NCBI GenBank assembly: GCA_050013915.1
Contig: JBEKEI010000011.1
Location: 73-64,072 of the forward strand
Reading direction: 5' to 3'
Length of the DNA stretch: 64,000 nt
Source of the DNA: Roseiarcus sp.
GTDB lineage: Bacteria > Pseudomonadota > Alphaproteobacteria > Rhizobiales > Beijerinckiaceae
Made by a program: the position numbers and the translations under genes. Below the pieces are notes generated by a model. The model saw nothing but the letters and a program-made list of their open reading frames with translations, was not told the DNA's origin and searched no databases. Numbering within the stretch: the stretch's first letter is position 1; each line of letters begins with the position of its first letter. Shown here one piece after another: positions 54,540-63,693 of the stretch.

Positions 54540-56965
54540 CCCTGTCCGGAGGCGGCGCGCCCGAGGCGCGGGCGGTCGCGATGGAGGTTCGGGTTCGTGG
54601 CCGCGTGCAGGGCGTCGGGTTTCGGCCGACGGTCTGGCGCATTGCGCGAGAGCTCGGCCTCGCCGGCGAAGTCTTCAATGACCCGCAAGGGGTGCTGGTG
54701 CGCATCGGCGGCGATGAAGGCGCGGTCGCCGCATTTCTCGACCGCATGCAGCGCGAGCCGCCGCCGCTCGGGCGCATCGACCGCATCGAGACCCGCGCCT
54801 TTGGCGGCGCGCTGCCGCGCCAGTTCCGCATCGCCGAGAGCGTCGGCGGCGCCGCGCGCACCGAGATCGCGCCGGACGCCGCGATCTGCAGAGCCTGCGC
54901 CGAGGAGATCGTCGATCCCTTCGAACGGCGGTTTCGCTATCCCTTCGCCAATTGCACGCATTGCGGGCCGCGCCTGACCATCGTCGAAGGCATCCCCTAC
55001 GATCGCGCGCGGACGACGATGGCGCCATTCGCACGATGCGAGGCCTGCGAGGCCGAATATCTCGATCCCGCCGACCGCCGCTTCCACGCGGAAGCGATTG
55101 CCTGTCACGTCTGCGGACCCGGAGCGTCGCTGGTCCGCCTGGACCGGCGCGCGGCGAGCTTCGACCAGCACTCGACGCTCGACGCCGTCGACGCGATCTG
55201 CGGCCTGATCCAAAAGGGCGAAATCGTCGCGATCAAGGGTCTGGGCGGCTACCACCTCGCCTGCGACGCCACCAGGACGGAAGCTGTGGCGCGGCTGCGC
55301 CGGCTCAAGCGCCGCCACGCCAAGCCGTTCGCGCTGATGGCCCGGGATCTCGACGTCATCCGCGACTATTGCACCGTCGACGCCGAGGAGGAGCGCCTGC
55401 TCGCCAGCGCCGCGGGGCCGATCGTCCTGCTCGCCGCCGGGGGCGCCGAACGGCTGCCGGAAGCGGTCGCGCCCGGCCTCTCGACCCTCGGCTTCATGCT
55501 GCCGGCGACCCCTGTGCATCTTCTCGTGCTGCGGCGCATGAACCGGCCAGTGGTGATGACGAGCGGCAACCTGTCGGACGAACCGCAGGTCATCGACGAG
55601 GCGGCCGCGCATGAACGGCTCGCCGGGATCGCCACCTACGCGCTGATCCATGACCGCCGGATCGCCAATCGCGTCGATGATTCAGTCGCGCGGGTCATGG
55701 CCGGCCGGGCGCGCATCCTGCGCCGCGCGCGCGGTTTCGCGCCGGCGCCGCTCGCGCTGCCGGCGGGCTTCGCATCGGCCCCCGAGCTGCTGGCGATGGG
55801 CGGCCAATTGAAGGCGACGTTCTGTCTGGTCAAGGACGGCGAGGCGATCCTCTCGCAGCACCAGGGCGATCTCGAGGACGCCGCGACCTTCGACGACTAC
55901 CGCAGGAATCTCGCGCTCTATGCCGCGCTGTTCGATCACGCGCCCGTCGCCGTCGTCGCCGACCGGCATCCTGAATATCTCTCGTCGAAACTGGCTCGCG
56001 AGCGGGCGCGATCCGAGGCGCTGCCGCTGATCGAGGTTCAGCACCATCACGCCCATGTCGCCGCCTGCCTGGCCGAGAACGGCTATCCGATCGACGCCCC
56101 GCCGGCGCTCGGGATCGTCCTCGACGGCCTGGGCTGGGGCGAGGCCGGAACGCTCTGGGGCGGCGAATTCCTGCTCGCCGGCTACCGTGGCTTCGAGAGG
56201 CTCGGCACGTTCAAGCCGGTGCCGATGCCCGGCGGCGCGACGGCCGCACGCGAGCCCTGGCGCAATCTCTACGCCCATCTCATGGCCGAGATGGGTTGGG
56301 CCGAGTTCACGATGAATTTCGCCGCGCTGGAGGTCCATGCCGATCTCTCGGCGCGGCCGCGCGCCACGCTCGACGCGATGATCCGCGACGGCGTGAATTC
56401 GCCGAAGGCTTCATCGTGCGGCCGGCTGTTCGATGCGGTCGCCGCGGCGCTCGACATCTGCCGCGGGCGTCAGGCCTATGAGGGCGAGGCCGCCGCGCGG
56501 CTCGAGGCGCTGGTCGATCGGGATGCGTTGCGCGACGAGCAGGATTCGCTCGGCTATCCCTTCTCCATCCCCAATCTCGGCGGCTCGGGCCTGCCCTATG
56601 TCGAGCCGCTCGCGATGTGGCGGGCGATCCTCGGCGACCTCGTCCTGCAGACGCCGCCGCCGGTGATGGCGGCGCGCTTTCACAAAGGCCTCGCCATCGC
56701 CATCGTCGCCATGGCGACGAAGCTGGCGCGTCGCGACGACGAGGCCGGTCCGCGCTTCGCCGCCGTCGCCCTGACCGGCGGCTGTTTCCAGAACCGCATC
56801 CTGTTCGAAGAGGTCGCCAGGCGTCTCGAACGCGAGAGGTTCACGGTTCTTTCCCACGCCCTGGTTCCGGCGAATGACGGCGGCGTCGCGCTCGGCCAGG
56901 CCGTGATCGGGGCCGCGCGTCTCATCCGGGCCGGGGCGATCGACGAGGGAAACCGTCAAACCTAA
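54536..56965 (+). CDS. hypF: carbamoyltransferase HypF
   Basis: The ATG overlaps the NHL stop. Acylphosphatase domain (VRGRVQGVGFRP), two zinc fingers (CRACAEE...CTHCGPR; CEACEAE...CHVCGP), YrdC and Kae1-like domains. Confidence 0.9.
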   Translation: MTLSGGGAPEARAVAMEVRVRGRVQGVGFRPTVWRIARELGLAGEVFNDPQGVLVRIGGDEGAVAAFLDRMQREPPPLGRIDRIETRAFGGALPRQFRIAESVGGAARTEIAPDAAICRACAEEIVDPFERRFRYPFANCTHCGPRLTIVEGIPYDRARTTMAPFARCEACEAEYLDPADRRFHAEAIACHVCGPGASLVRLDRRAASFDQHSTLDAVDAICGLIQKGEIVAIKGLGGYHLACDATRTEAVARLRRLKRRHAKPFALMARDLDVIRDYCTVDAEEERLLASAAGPIVLLAAGGAERLPEAVAPGLSTLGFMLPATPVHLLVLRRMNRPVVMTSGNLSDEPQVIDEAAAHERLAGIATYALIHDRRIANRVDDSVARVMAGRARILRRARGFAPAPLALPAGFASAPELLAMGGQLKATFCLVKDGEAILSQHQGDLEDAATFDDYRRNLALYAALFDHAPVAVVADRHPEYLSSKLARERARSEALPLIEVQHHHAHVAACLAENGYPIDAPPALGIVLDGLGWGEAGTLWGGEFLLAGYRGFERLGTFKPVPMPGGATAAREPWRNLYAHLMAEMGWAEFTMNFAALEVHADLSARPRATLDAMIRDGVNSPKASSCGRLFDAVAAALDICRGRQAYEGEAAARLEALVDRDALRDEQDSLGYPFSIPNLGGSGLPYVEPLAMWRAILGDLVLQTPPPVMAARFHKGLAIAIVAMATKLARRDDEAGPRFAAVALTGGCFQNRILFEEVARRLERERFTVLSHALVPANDGGVALGQAVIGAARLIRAGAIDEGNRQT

Positions 56966-56976
56966 GGAGACGCGCC

Positions 56977-57258
56977 ATGTGCCTCGGGATTCCCGGCCAG
57001 ATCGTTGGGATCGACGACGTCGCGAAGAAACTGGCGACGGTCGACGTCAGCGGCGTCCGCCGACAGGTGAACGTCGCCTGCATCGTCGGCGACGGGCGCC
57101 CGATCGAGTCCTGCGTCGGGGCCTGGGTGCTGATTCATGTCGGCTTCGCGATGAGCCGCATCGACGAAGCCGAAGCGGCCGCGACGCTGAAAATCCTGAC
57201 CGAACTCGGCGAGGCGCAGGCCGAGCTGGAGGCGATGCGGCTGTCTGCGGCGCATTGA
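56977..57258 (+). CDS. hypC: hydrogenase assembly chaperone HypC/HupF
   Basis: MCLGIPGQIVGIDD... Confidence 0.9.
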   Translation: MCLGIPGQIVGIDDVAKKLATVDVSGVRRQVNVACIVGDGRPIESCVGAWVLIHVGFAMSRIDEAEAAATLKILTELGEAQAELEAMRLSAAH

Positions 57259-57270
57259 GGAGGACCGGCC

Positions 57271-57963
57271 ATGTCCAACGGAGGCGATCTGGAGGGGCTC
57301 TACCCGTTCCTGCACGGCAGGAGCCAGGACACGGGCGCACTCGACGCCGCGCTGCTCCATTCGGTGGAGGAGAAGGCGCGCGACTCGCGGGAGACCAACC
57401 TGCGCTTCTTCGCCGCGCAGGCGCCGGTGCTCGTCGCGGCCGCGAAGACGGTTGCGGCGGTCTACCGGGGCGGCGGCCGGCTGTTCTCGATGGGCAATGG
57501 CGGCTCCAGCTGCGACGCGTCGCATGTGGCGGTCGAATTCGTCCATCCGATCACGGCGGGCCGCCCGGCGCTCGCCGCGATCAATCTCGTCGCCGATCTC
57601 GCGATGATCTCCGCCGTCGGCAATGACGTCGGCTTCGATCACGTCTTCGTTCGCCAGATCATCGCCCAGGGCAAGGCGGGCGACGGGCTCATCGGCATTT
57701 CGACCAGCGGCAATTCGGCCAATCTGATCGCGGCCTTCGCCAAGGCCAGGCAGATGGGCATCGCGACCATCGGGCTGGCGGGCGGCGAGGGCGGCCGGAT
57801 GGCGGCGAGCGGGGTCGTCGACCATTGTCTGGTCGTGCCCACGACCTCGATCCATCGCATCCAGGAATGCCACGTCGTCGCCTATCACATTCTCTGGGAC
57901 CTCGTGCACACCTTGCTGGCGGACGATCGCGGTTCGGCGACCACCAGGGGAGCGGCGGCATGA
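57271..57963 (+). CDS. SIS-domain (GmhA/phosphoheptose-isomerase-like) protein
   Basis: 230 aa. FSMGNGGSSCDASHVAVEF...GISTSGNSANL. Sits between hypC and hypD, and its stop overlaps the hypD ATG. Confidence 0.8.
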   Translation: MSNGGDLEGLYPFLHGRSQDTGALDAALLHSVEEKARDSRETNLRFFAAQAPVLVAAAKTVAAVYRGGGRLFSMGNGGSSCDASHVAVEFVHPITAGRPALAAINLVADLAMISAVGNDVGFDHVFVRQIIAQGKAGDGLIGISTSGNSANLIAAFAKARQMGIATIGLAGGEGGRMAASGVVDHCLVVPTTSIHRIQECHVVAYHILWDLVHTLLADDRGSATTRGAAA

Positions 57964-59090
57964 AATATCTCGACGAATTTCGCGACCGGGCCAAGGCCGC
58001 GATTCTGGTGGCGGAGATCGACGCGCTGGTCGCGACGATGAGGATTCCCGCCGACCGGCCTCTCCACATCATGGAGGTTTGCGGCGGCCATACCCATTCG
58101 ATCTTCCGTTACGGGATCGAGGGCATGCTGCCCAGGCAGATCGAGCTCGTCCACGGCCCGGGATGTCCAGTCTGCGTCCTGCCGATGGGGCGGGTCGACG
58201 ATTGCGTCAGCATCGCCGAACGACCGGGGGTGATCTTCGCCACGTTCGGCGACGCGATGCGGGTGCCCGGATCCGGCAAGAGCCTTCTCCAGGCGAAGGC
58301 CGACGGCGCCGACGTGCGGATGGTCTATTCGCCGATGGATGCGCTCGCCATCGCCCGCCGGAATCCCGACCGCGAGGTCGTGTTTTTCGGGCTCGGCTTC
58401 GAGACCACCATGCCCTCGACCGCGCTGACGATCCTGCAGGCGGAAGCCGACGGCGTCGCCAACTTCTCGGTGTTCTGCAATCACATCACCATCGTTCCGA
58501 CGATCAAGGCCATTCTCGACAGTCCGGACCTCAGGCTCGACGGCTTCCTCGGCCCGGGCCATGTGTCGATGGTGATCGGCACGGCGCCCTATGCGTTCAT
58601 CGCCGATTTCTATCGCAAGCCGATGGTCGTCGCCGGCTTCGAGCCGCTCGACATTCTCCAGTCGATCTGGATGGTCCTCAAGCAGATCAGGGAGGGACGC
58701 GCCGAGATCGAGAACCAATATGCGCGCGTCGTCCCCGACCAGGGCAACGGGCCCGCGCTACGGGCGGTGTCGCGCGTCTATGAACTGCGCGCATTCTTCG
58801 AATGGCGCGGCCTCGGATCGATCGACCACTCCGGCGTCAGGTTGCGCGACGCCTACGCCCGGTTCGACGCGGAGCGGAAATTCGCCATTCCGAACGTCCG
58901 GATCGCCGACCCCAAGTCCTGCCAATGCGGCGAAGTGCTGAAGGGCGTCATCAAGCCCTGGCAGTGCAAGGTGTTCGGATCCGCCTGCACGCCGGAGACG
59001 CCGCTCGGCGCGCTGATGGTCTCTTCGGAGGGCGCTTGCGCGGCCTATTATCAGTACGGCGGCGTCAAACACCATGTGGCGGCCGAATGA
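57960..59090 (+). CDS. hypD: hydrogenase formation protein HypD
   Basis: MKYLDEFRD...MEVCGGHTHSIF...GPGCPVCV...GFETT... Confidence 0.9.
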   Translation: MKYLDEFRDRAKAAILVAEIDALVATMRIPADRPLHIMEVCGGHTHSIFRYGIEGMLPRQIELVHGPGCPVCVLPMGRVDDCVSIAERPGVIFATFGDAMRVPGSGKSLLQAKADGADVRMVYSPMDALAIARRNPDREVVFFGLGFETTMPSTALTILQAEADGVANFSVFCNHITIVPTIKAILDSPDLRLDGFLGPGHVSMVIGTAPYAFIADFYRKPMVVAGFEPLDILQSIWMVLKQIREGRAEIENQYARVVPDQGNGPALRAVSRVYELRAFFEWRGLGSIDHSGVRLRDAYARFDAERKFAIPNVRIADPKSCQCGEVLKGVIKPWQCKVFGSACTPETPLGALMVSSEGACAAYYQYGGVKHHVAAE

Positions 59091-60154
59091 ACATCGCTCC
59101 CCCCCTACGCGCCCGCGCGCTCGGCAGGGTCCATGTCCCGACCGTCACGCTCGCCCATGGCGGCGGGGGCAAGGCGATGAAGGATCTGATCGACGACGTC
59201 TTCATCGACGCCTTCGGCGCGGGGGCGCCGGCGCCGCTGGAGGATCAGGCCCGGTTCGATCTCGCGGAGCTCGCTTCGCACGGCGACCGGCTCGCCTTCA
59301 CCACGGATTCCTTCGTCGTCGATCCCCTGTTCTTTCCCGGCGGCGACATCGGCCGGCTCGCGGTCTGCGGGACCGTCAACGACCTGGCGGTCGGCGGGGC
59401 CCGGCCGCTCTACCTTTCCTGCGCGGCGATCGTCGAGGAGGGCGTCAGCGTCGCTCTCCTGCGCCAGGTGGCCGACTCGATGGCCACCACCGCCAGGGAG
59501 GCGGGCGTCGGGATCGTCACCGGCGACACCAAAGTCGTGCCGCGCGGCGCCTGCGACAGGCTGTTCCTCACGACGACAGGGATCGGCGTCATCCGCCAGG
59601 GCCTGACGCTCGGCGCTCATCTGGCGCGGCCGGGCGACGTCGTCCTGGTCAACGGACTGCTCGGCGATCACGGGGCGGCGATCCTCTGCGCGCGCGGCGA
59701 CATGGCGCTGGAGACGCCGATCCAGAGCGATTGCGCCGCGCTGCACGGACTCGTCGCGCAGATGGTCGCCGCCGCGCCCGGAATCCGCTGCCTGCGCGAC
59801 GCCACGCGCGGCGGCGTCGCGACCGTCCTCAACGAACTCGCCGAAGCCTCGGGGGTCGAGATCGAGATCGACGAGGCGGCGACGCCGATCCGCGAGGAGG
59901 TGAAGGCGTTCTGCGAGATTCTGGGTCTTGATCCGCTCTATCTCGCCAATGAGGGCAAGCTCGTCGCGGTCGCCCCGGCCGACGAGGCGGCGGCCCTGCT
60001 CGCCGCGATGCGCGCCCATCCGCTCGGGCCGCGCGCGGGCGTCATCGGGCGCGTCCGGTCCGGGGCGGCGGGACATGTCACGATGCGCACCGTCTTCGGC
60101 GGCCGCAGAGTGGTGGACATGCTGGTCGGCGAACAGCTGCCGCGGATCTGTTGA
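59087..60154 (+). CDS. hypE: hydrogenase expression/formation protein HypE
   Basis: LAHGGGGKAM...TTDSFVV...C-terminal ...GEQLPRIC. Confidence 0.9.
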   Translation: MNIAPPLRARALGRVHVPTVTLAHGGGGKAMKDLIDDVFIDAFGAGAPAPLEDQARFDLAELASHGDRLAFTTDSFVVDPLFFPGGDIGRLAVCGTVNDLAVGGARPLYLSCAAIVEEGVSVALLRQVADSMATTAREAGVGIVTGDTKVVPRGACDRLFLTTTGIGVIRQGLTLGAHLARPGDVVLVNGLLGDHGAAILCARGDMALETPIQSDCAALHGLVAQMVAAAPGIRCLRDATRGGVATVLNELAEASGVEIEIDEAATPIREEVKAFCEILGLDPLYLANEGKLVAVAPADEAAALLAAMRAHPLGPRAGVIGRVRSGAAGHVTMRTVFGGRRVVDMLVGEQLPRIC

Positions 60155-60161
60155 GAGCGCC

Positions 60162-60500
60162 ATGCACGAACTCGGCATCACGCGCAACATCGTCGCCATC
60201 GTCAGCGAGGCCGCCGAGGGCCGCCCGGTTCGCCGCGTCACGATCGAGATCGGCAAACTGTCGGGGGTGCTGAGCGAGGCGATCGCCTTCTGTTTCGACG
60301 CCGTGGCCCGCGGCACGGCGCTCGAAGGCGCGCGCCTCGAGATCCGTGAGATCGACGGGCGCGCCCGCTGCACGCAATGCGATGCGGAATTCGCCGCCGA
60401 CACGCTGTTCACGCCCTGCCCATGTGGTTCGCGACGCTTCGTGCGGCTTCGCGGCGAAGAGCTGAACATCAAGTCGATGGAGCTGACGGAGGCTGCGTGA
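60162..60500 (+). CDS. hypA: hydrogenase nickel insertion protein HypA
   Basis: [11 protein letters not shown]...CTQC...CPCG zinc site. Confidence 0.85.
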   Translation: MHELGITRNIVAIVSEAAEGRPVRRVTIEIGKLSGVLSEAIAFCFDAVARGTALEGARLEIREIDGRARCTQCDAEFAADTLFTPCPCGSRRFVRLRGEELNIKSMELTEAA

Positions 60501-61450
60501 TGTGCGGACATTGCGGGTGCGGAAGCGAGGCCGGGGCGAGCGTGCTCAATCTCCAGACCGGGAAGGAAATCACGATGGGAGTCGATCGGCGCGATCACGA
60601 TCACGGCGACCCGGATGGCGCGCGGCGCCACCACGACCATCATCACGACCGGGACCATGCCCATGGCGCGCACGACCGCCACGCGCACGGTCACGACCAC
60701 GATCACAGCCATCCGCGCGACCATGACCATGCCGACGACGCGAGCCATCGGGGCCGCCACAGCGGCGCCGCGGCGGCGGCGGGGCTGGTCGAACTCGAGG
60801 CGCAGATTCTCGACAAGAACGACAGGCTCGCCGCCAGGAACCGGGCCTGGTTCAGGGGCCGCGAGATTCTCGCGCTCAACCTCGTCAGCTCGCCGGGCGC
60901 GGGCAAGACGACGCTGCTCGAACGGACGATCCGGGACCTCGGCGGCGCGTTGAAAATCTTCGTGGTCGAAGGCGATCAGGCGACGTCCAACGACGGCGAG
61001 CGAATTCGCGCCGCCGGGGCGCCGGCCGTGCAGGTCAACACCGGCGCCGGCTGTCATCTCGAAGCCGACATGGTCGCGCGCGGCGTGCAGGAGCTGAAGC
61101 CGACCGCCGGTTCGGTCGTCATGATCGAAAACGTCGGCAATCTCGTCTGCCCCGCGCTGTTCGATCTGGGCGAGCGCGCCAAGGTCCTGATTCTGTCGGT
61201 CGCGGAGGGCGAGGACAAGCCGCTCAAATATCCCCACATGTTCCGCGCCGCCGAAGTCATGATCCTCAACAAGATCGATCTCCTGCCGCATGTCGATTTT
61301 GACCCGGCGCGCGCGATCGCCAACGCGCGTCGGGTGAATCCCGACATCGCCGTGATCCCGCTGTCCGCCCGCACCGGCGAGGGACTGGCGGCCTGGTACG
61401 AATGGCTTCGTCGGGAATGCGGCGCGGTCGCCGATGCGGCGTTCGCCTGA
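60500..61450 (+). CDS. hypB: hydrogenase nickel incorporation GTPase HypB with His/Asp-rich tract
   Basis: MCGHCGCG N-terminal metal site, then an HD-rich tract of about 70 aa ([28 protein letters not shown]), then GSPGAGKTT...ENVGNLVCP...NKIDL. Confidence 0.9.
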   Translation: MCGHCGCGSEAGASVLNLQTGKEITMGVDRRDHDHGDPDGARRHHDHHHDRDHAHGAHDRHAHGHDHDHSHPRDHDHADDASHRGRHSGAAAAAGLVELEAQILDKNDRLAARNRAWFRGREILALNLVSSPGAGKTTLLERTIRDLGGALKIFVVEGDQATSNDGERIRAAGAPAVQVNTGAGCHLEADMVARGVQELKPTAGSVVMIENVGNLVCPALFDLGERAKVLILSVAEGEDKPLKYPHMFRAAEVMILNKIDLLPHVDFDPARAIANARRVNPDIAVIPLSARTGEGLAAWYEWLRRECGAVADAAFA

Positions 61451-61585
61451 TCGGATCGCATCGGGCGCCCTCGTCGCGCTCCGGCGCCGAACGCCGACGC
61501 CGGGACAAGGGGGCGGCGCACTCATCCAGTTTCGGCGGCGGTCCGGCGAGCGAGCGCCTGCGCGTCGCCGGCCGCGGTCGCCCGC

Positions 61586-62554
61586 CTATTCCTGCGGCCG
61601 CAGCACGATGCGGCCCGCCGCGCCCGCCGCGACCTTGGCGTACGCCTCCTGCGCCGCGCCGAGCCCGCAGGTCTCGGCGATCGGCGCGGCGCGGTAGTCG
61701 CCGGCGACGAAACCCGGGGTCAGCGCGTCCAGCACCTCGGCCGAAGCGGTGAGGTCGCGCTTCAGCGTGTCGACGCCGAAGAGTCGGCTTTCGTTGTGAT
61801 AGAAATCGACGAGGTCGAAGCTCACTTCGCGCTGACCGGTCGCGGCGATTTCGACCAGCCTGCCGCGGAGCGCGAGGCTGCCGAGGGCGCGGCGGAACAT
61901 GACGCCGCCGACCAGATCGAGCACGACATCGGCGCCGGCGCCGCCGGTCGCCGCGCGAACCTCGGCGGGCAGATTGTCCGTGCCGATGATCAGCGTCTCC
62001 AGGATCGCGGCGACCGGCGAATCCGGGCGCGGCGCGCGCTGGTCGGCGCCGATCACGCGGGCGCCGAGGCGGCGGGCGATCTGGGCGGCGGCGCTGCCGA
62101 CGCCGCCGCCGGCGCCGATCAGCAGCACGGTCTCCCCGGCCTTCAGGCCGGCCGCCTCGATGCCGCACCAGGCGGCCATGAAATTGACGCCGACCGACGC
62201 CGCCTGGTCGAAGTCGAGGGCGGCCGGCTTGCGGCGCAGGCTCGCCGCCGGCACGGCGATCAGCTCGGCATGGGAGCCGTCGCGGGTGAAGCCGGCGTCG
62301 CCGCCCGTGCCCCAGACCTCGGCGCCGATCCACCCGGCCGGTCCTGCCTCGACCAATCCGGCGAAATCGCGGCCGGGGATGCGCGGCAGGGTCGTCTGCC
62401 GCATGGCGCCGGCGACATTCTTGACGTCGCTCGGATTGATCGAAGCGGCCATCACCCGCACGAGCGCGGTCGTCGCGTCGGCCGTCGGCGCGACCGCCGC
62501 CACCAGCTGGAGAACCGAGGGATCCCCGAACGACTCGAACCGTATCGCGCGCAT
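61586..62554 (-). CDS. zinc-type alcohol dehydrogenase/NADPH:quinone oxidoreductase family
   Basis: From ATG 62554. MRAIRFESFGDPSVLQLV...INPSDVK...GAGGGVGSAAAQIA. Confidence 0.8.
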   Translation of the reverse strand: MRAIRFESFGDPSVLQLVAAVAPTADATTALVRVMAASINPSDVKNVAGAMRQTTLPRIPGRDFAGLVEAGPAGWIGAEVWGTGGDAGFTRDGSHAELIAVPAASLRRKPAALDFDQAASVGVNFMAAWCGIEAAGLKAGETVLLIGAGGGVGSAAAQIARRLGARVIGADQRAPRPDSPVAAILETLIIGTDNLPAEVRAATGGAGADVVLDLVGGVMFRRALGSLALRGRLVEIAATGQREVSFDLVDFYHNESRLFGVDTLKRDLTASAEVLDALTPGFVAGDYRAAPIAETCGLGAAQEAYAKVAAGAAGRIVLRPQE

Positions 62555-62744
62555 GAGCTGTTCCTCCGGTCGATCGCCCGTCGGGGCCGGAACGCCGCGA
62601 TTGCGGGCTTCATGTTTCCGGCCCCCCGCAAACATGGCGGCGGCGCCGGCCAATGGTAGCAGAGACGCCGGATGGTTTCGCATCGTCGTGGGGGCCGGTA
62701 GTGTCTCGGTTTGAACCTTGAAACTCAGGCGATTAGGAGCCTGG

Positions 62745-63000
62745 CCAGTGCGGCGCAAGAGCGCCTGGGTGAAGATGACTTTCGTCGATGGCGGTCATCA
62801 AGGCGACGAGGCGCAGCGCGCTGCCGTCGAAGCGAGCCGCCCAAGCGCTGGGTGGTGGAAAGAACGCTCGGCTGGATCAACCGGGCGCGACGCCTGTCGA
62901 AGGACTTCGAAGCGACGATGGAATCGGCCCTCGCATGGCTGCAGCTGGCCCTCGCCTTCCCCAATCATGCGAAGACTGGCGAGGGCCAAAATCGCCCCCG
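62745..63000 (+). mobile_element. IS5-family DDE transposase, C-terminal remnant with frameshifts
   Basis: TFVDGGHQGDE... / PKRWVVERTLGWINRARRLSKDFEATMESALAWLQLALA / IMRRLARAK are spread over two reading frames with two frame switches. No N-terminal part and no terminal repeats seen. Confidence 0.55.
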
Positions 63001-63019
63001 TTTGGTTTCGAGTCGGGCT

Positions 63020-63600
63020 CTTTGTCTGTGGACGGGGGTTCCGGATCGCGGCAGGGACGCGCATTGCCGAGCGCCCCGCGCACCGATCCGGACCGGCCCA
63101 ATTCGGGCATCCGGTTCCCACCTCGGGTTTTTGACGGCGAAGCGAACGCTGGGACAGGGGTGAAGGATGGCCGGCTTGGGGAGCCGGTCATTTTCCAGCC
63201 GGGTCGTCCGCGCCCAGATCGTGTGGTCCATCTGGCTGCGCCGCCGAAGCGTGCGTCGCCGGAGGTCCGTGACGCGGCGGCGGCAGGCCGCGAGCGCGCG
63301 GCTGTTGGTCGGCGCGGCGCGGTCGTTGAAGAAGCCGCGCACCACCTGTCCCAGCCGTTTGCCCTGTTCCGGGACCGACTGATCCATGCGCCGCCGCAGC
63401 GCCTCCTTGATTTCCCGGAGCTTGGCCTGCACGCGGTCGCGCCGGCTCTTCCTGTGGATCAGGAACTTGCCGGTCGGCGATCTGCCGCGAATGAAGGCGA
63501 AGCCGAGGACGTTGAAGGTCTCCGGCTTGCCGACCCCGCGCCTGGCGCGACTGGACCGCCGCCGCCGACGCGGCCCTGAGTTCCGCCTGCGCCGCGGGAT
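63020..63600 (-). mobile_element. group II intron reverse transcriptase/maturase, C-terminal remnant
   Basis: GKPETFNVLGFAFIRGRSPTGKFLIHRKSRRDRVQAKLREIKEALRRRM...PTNSRAL...LRRRSQ...LPKPAILHPCPSVRFAV. The RT finger/palm domains are absent. Confidence 0.6.
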
Positions 63601-63693
63601 CGTCTGCAAAAGAGAAATTTGAGAAAGTACTTCCGTAATTCCAAAAGATCGGCTATGCTCTCACCATTGGTCCCCCGTCCAGGAGCCCGGCCC

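Noticed and set aside
60560-60780. Repetitive CAC/GAC-rich stretch resembling a tandem repeat.
   Set aside because: It is in frame inside hypB and encodes the His/Asp-rich nickel-storage tract common in HypB proteins.
62990-63060. Group II intron ribozyme domains V/VI downstream of the maturase remnant.
   Set aside because: I could not find a convincing domain V hairpin (GAGC...GAAA...GUUC-type) by eye, so it is left unannotated.
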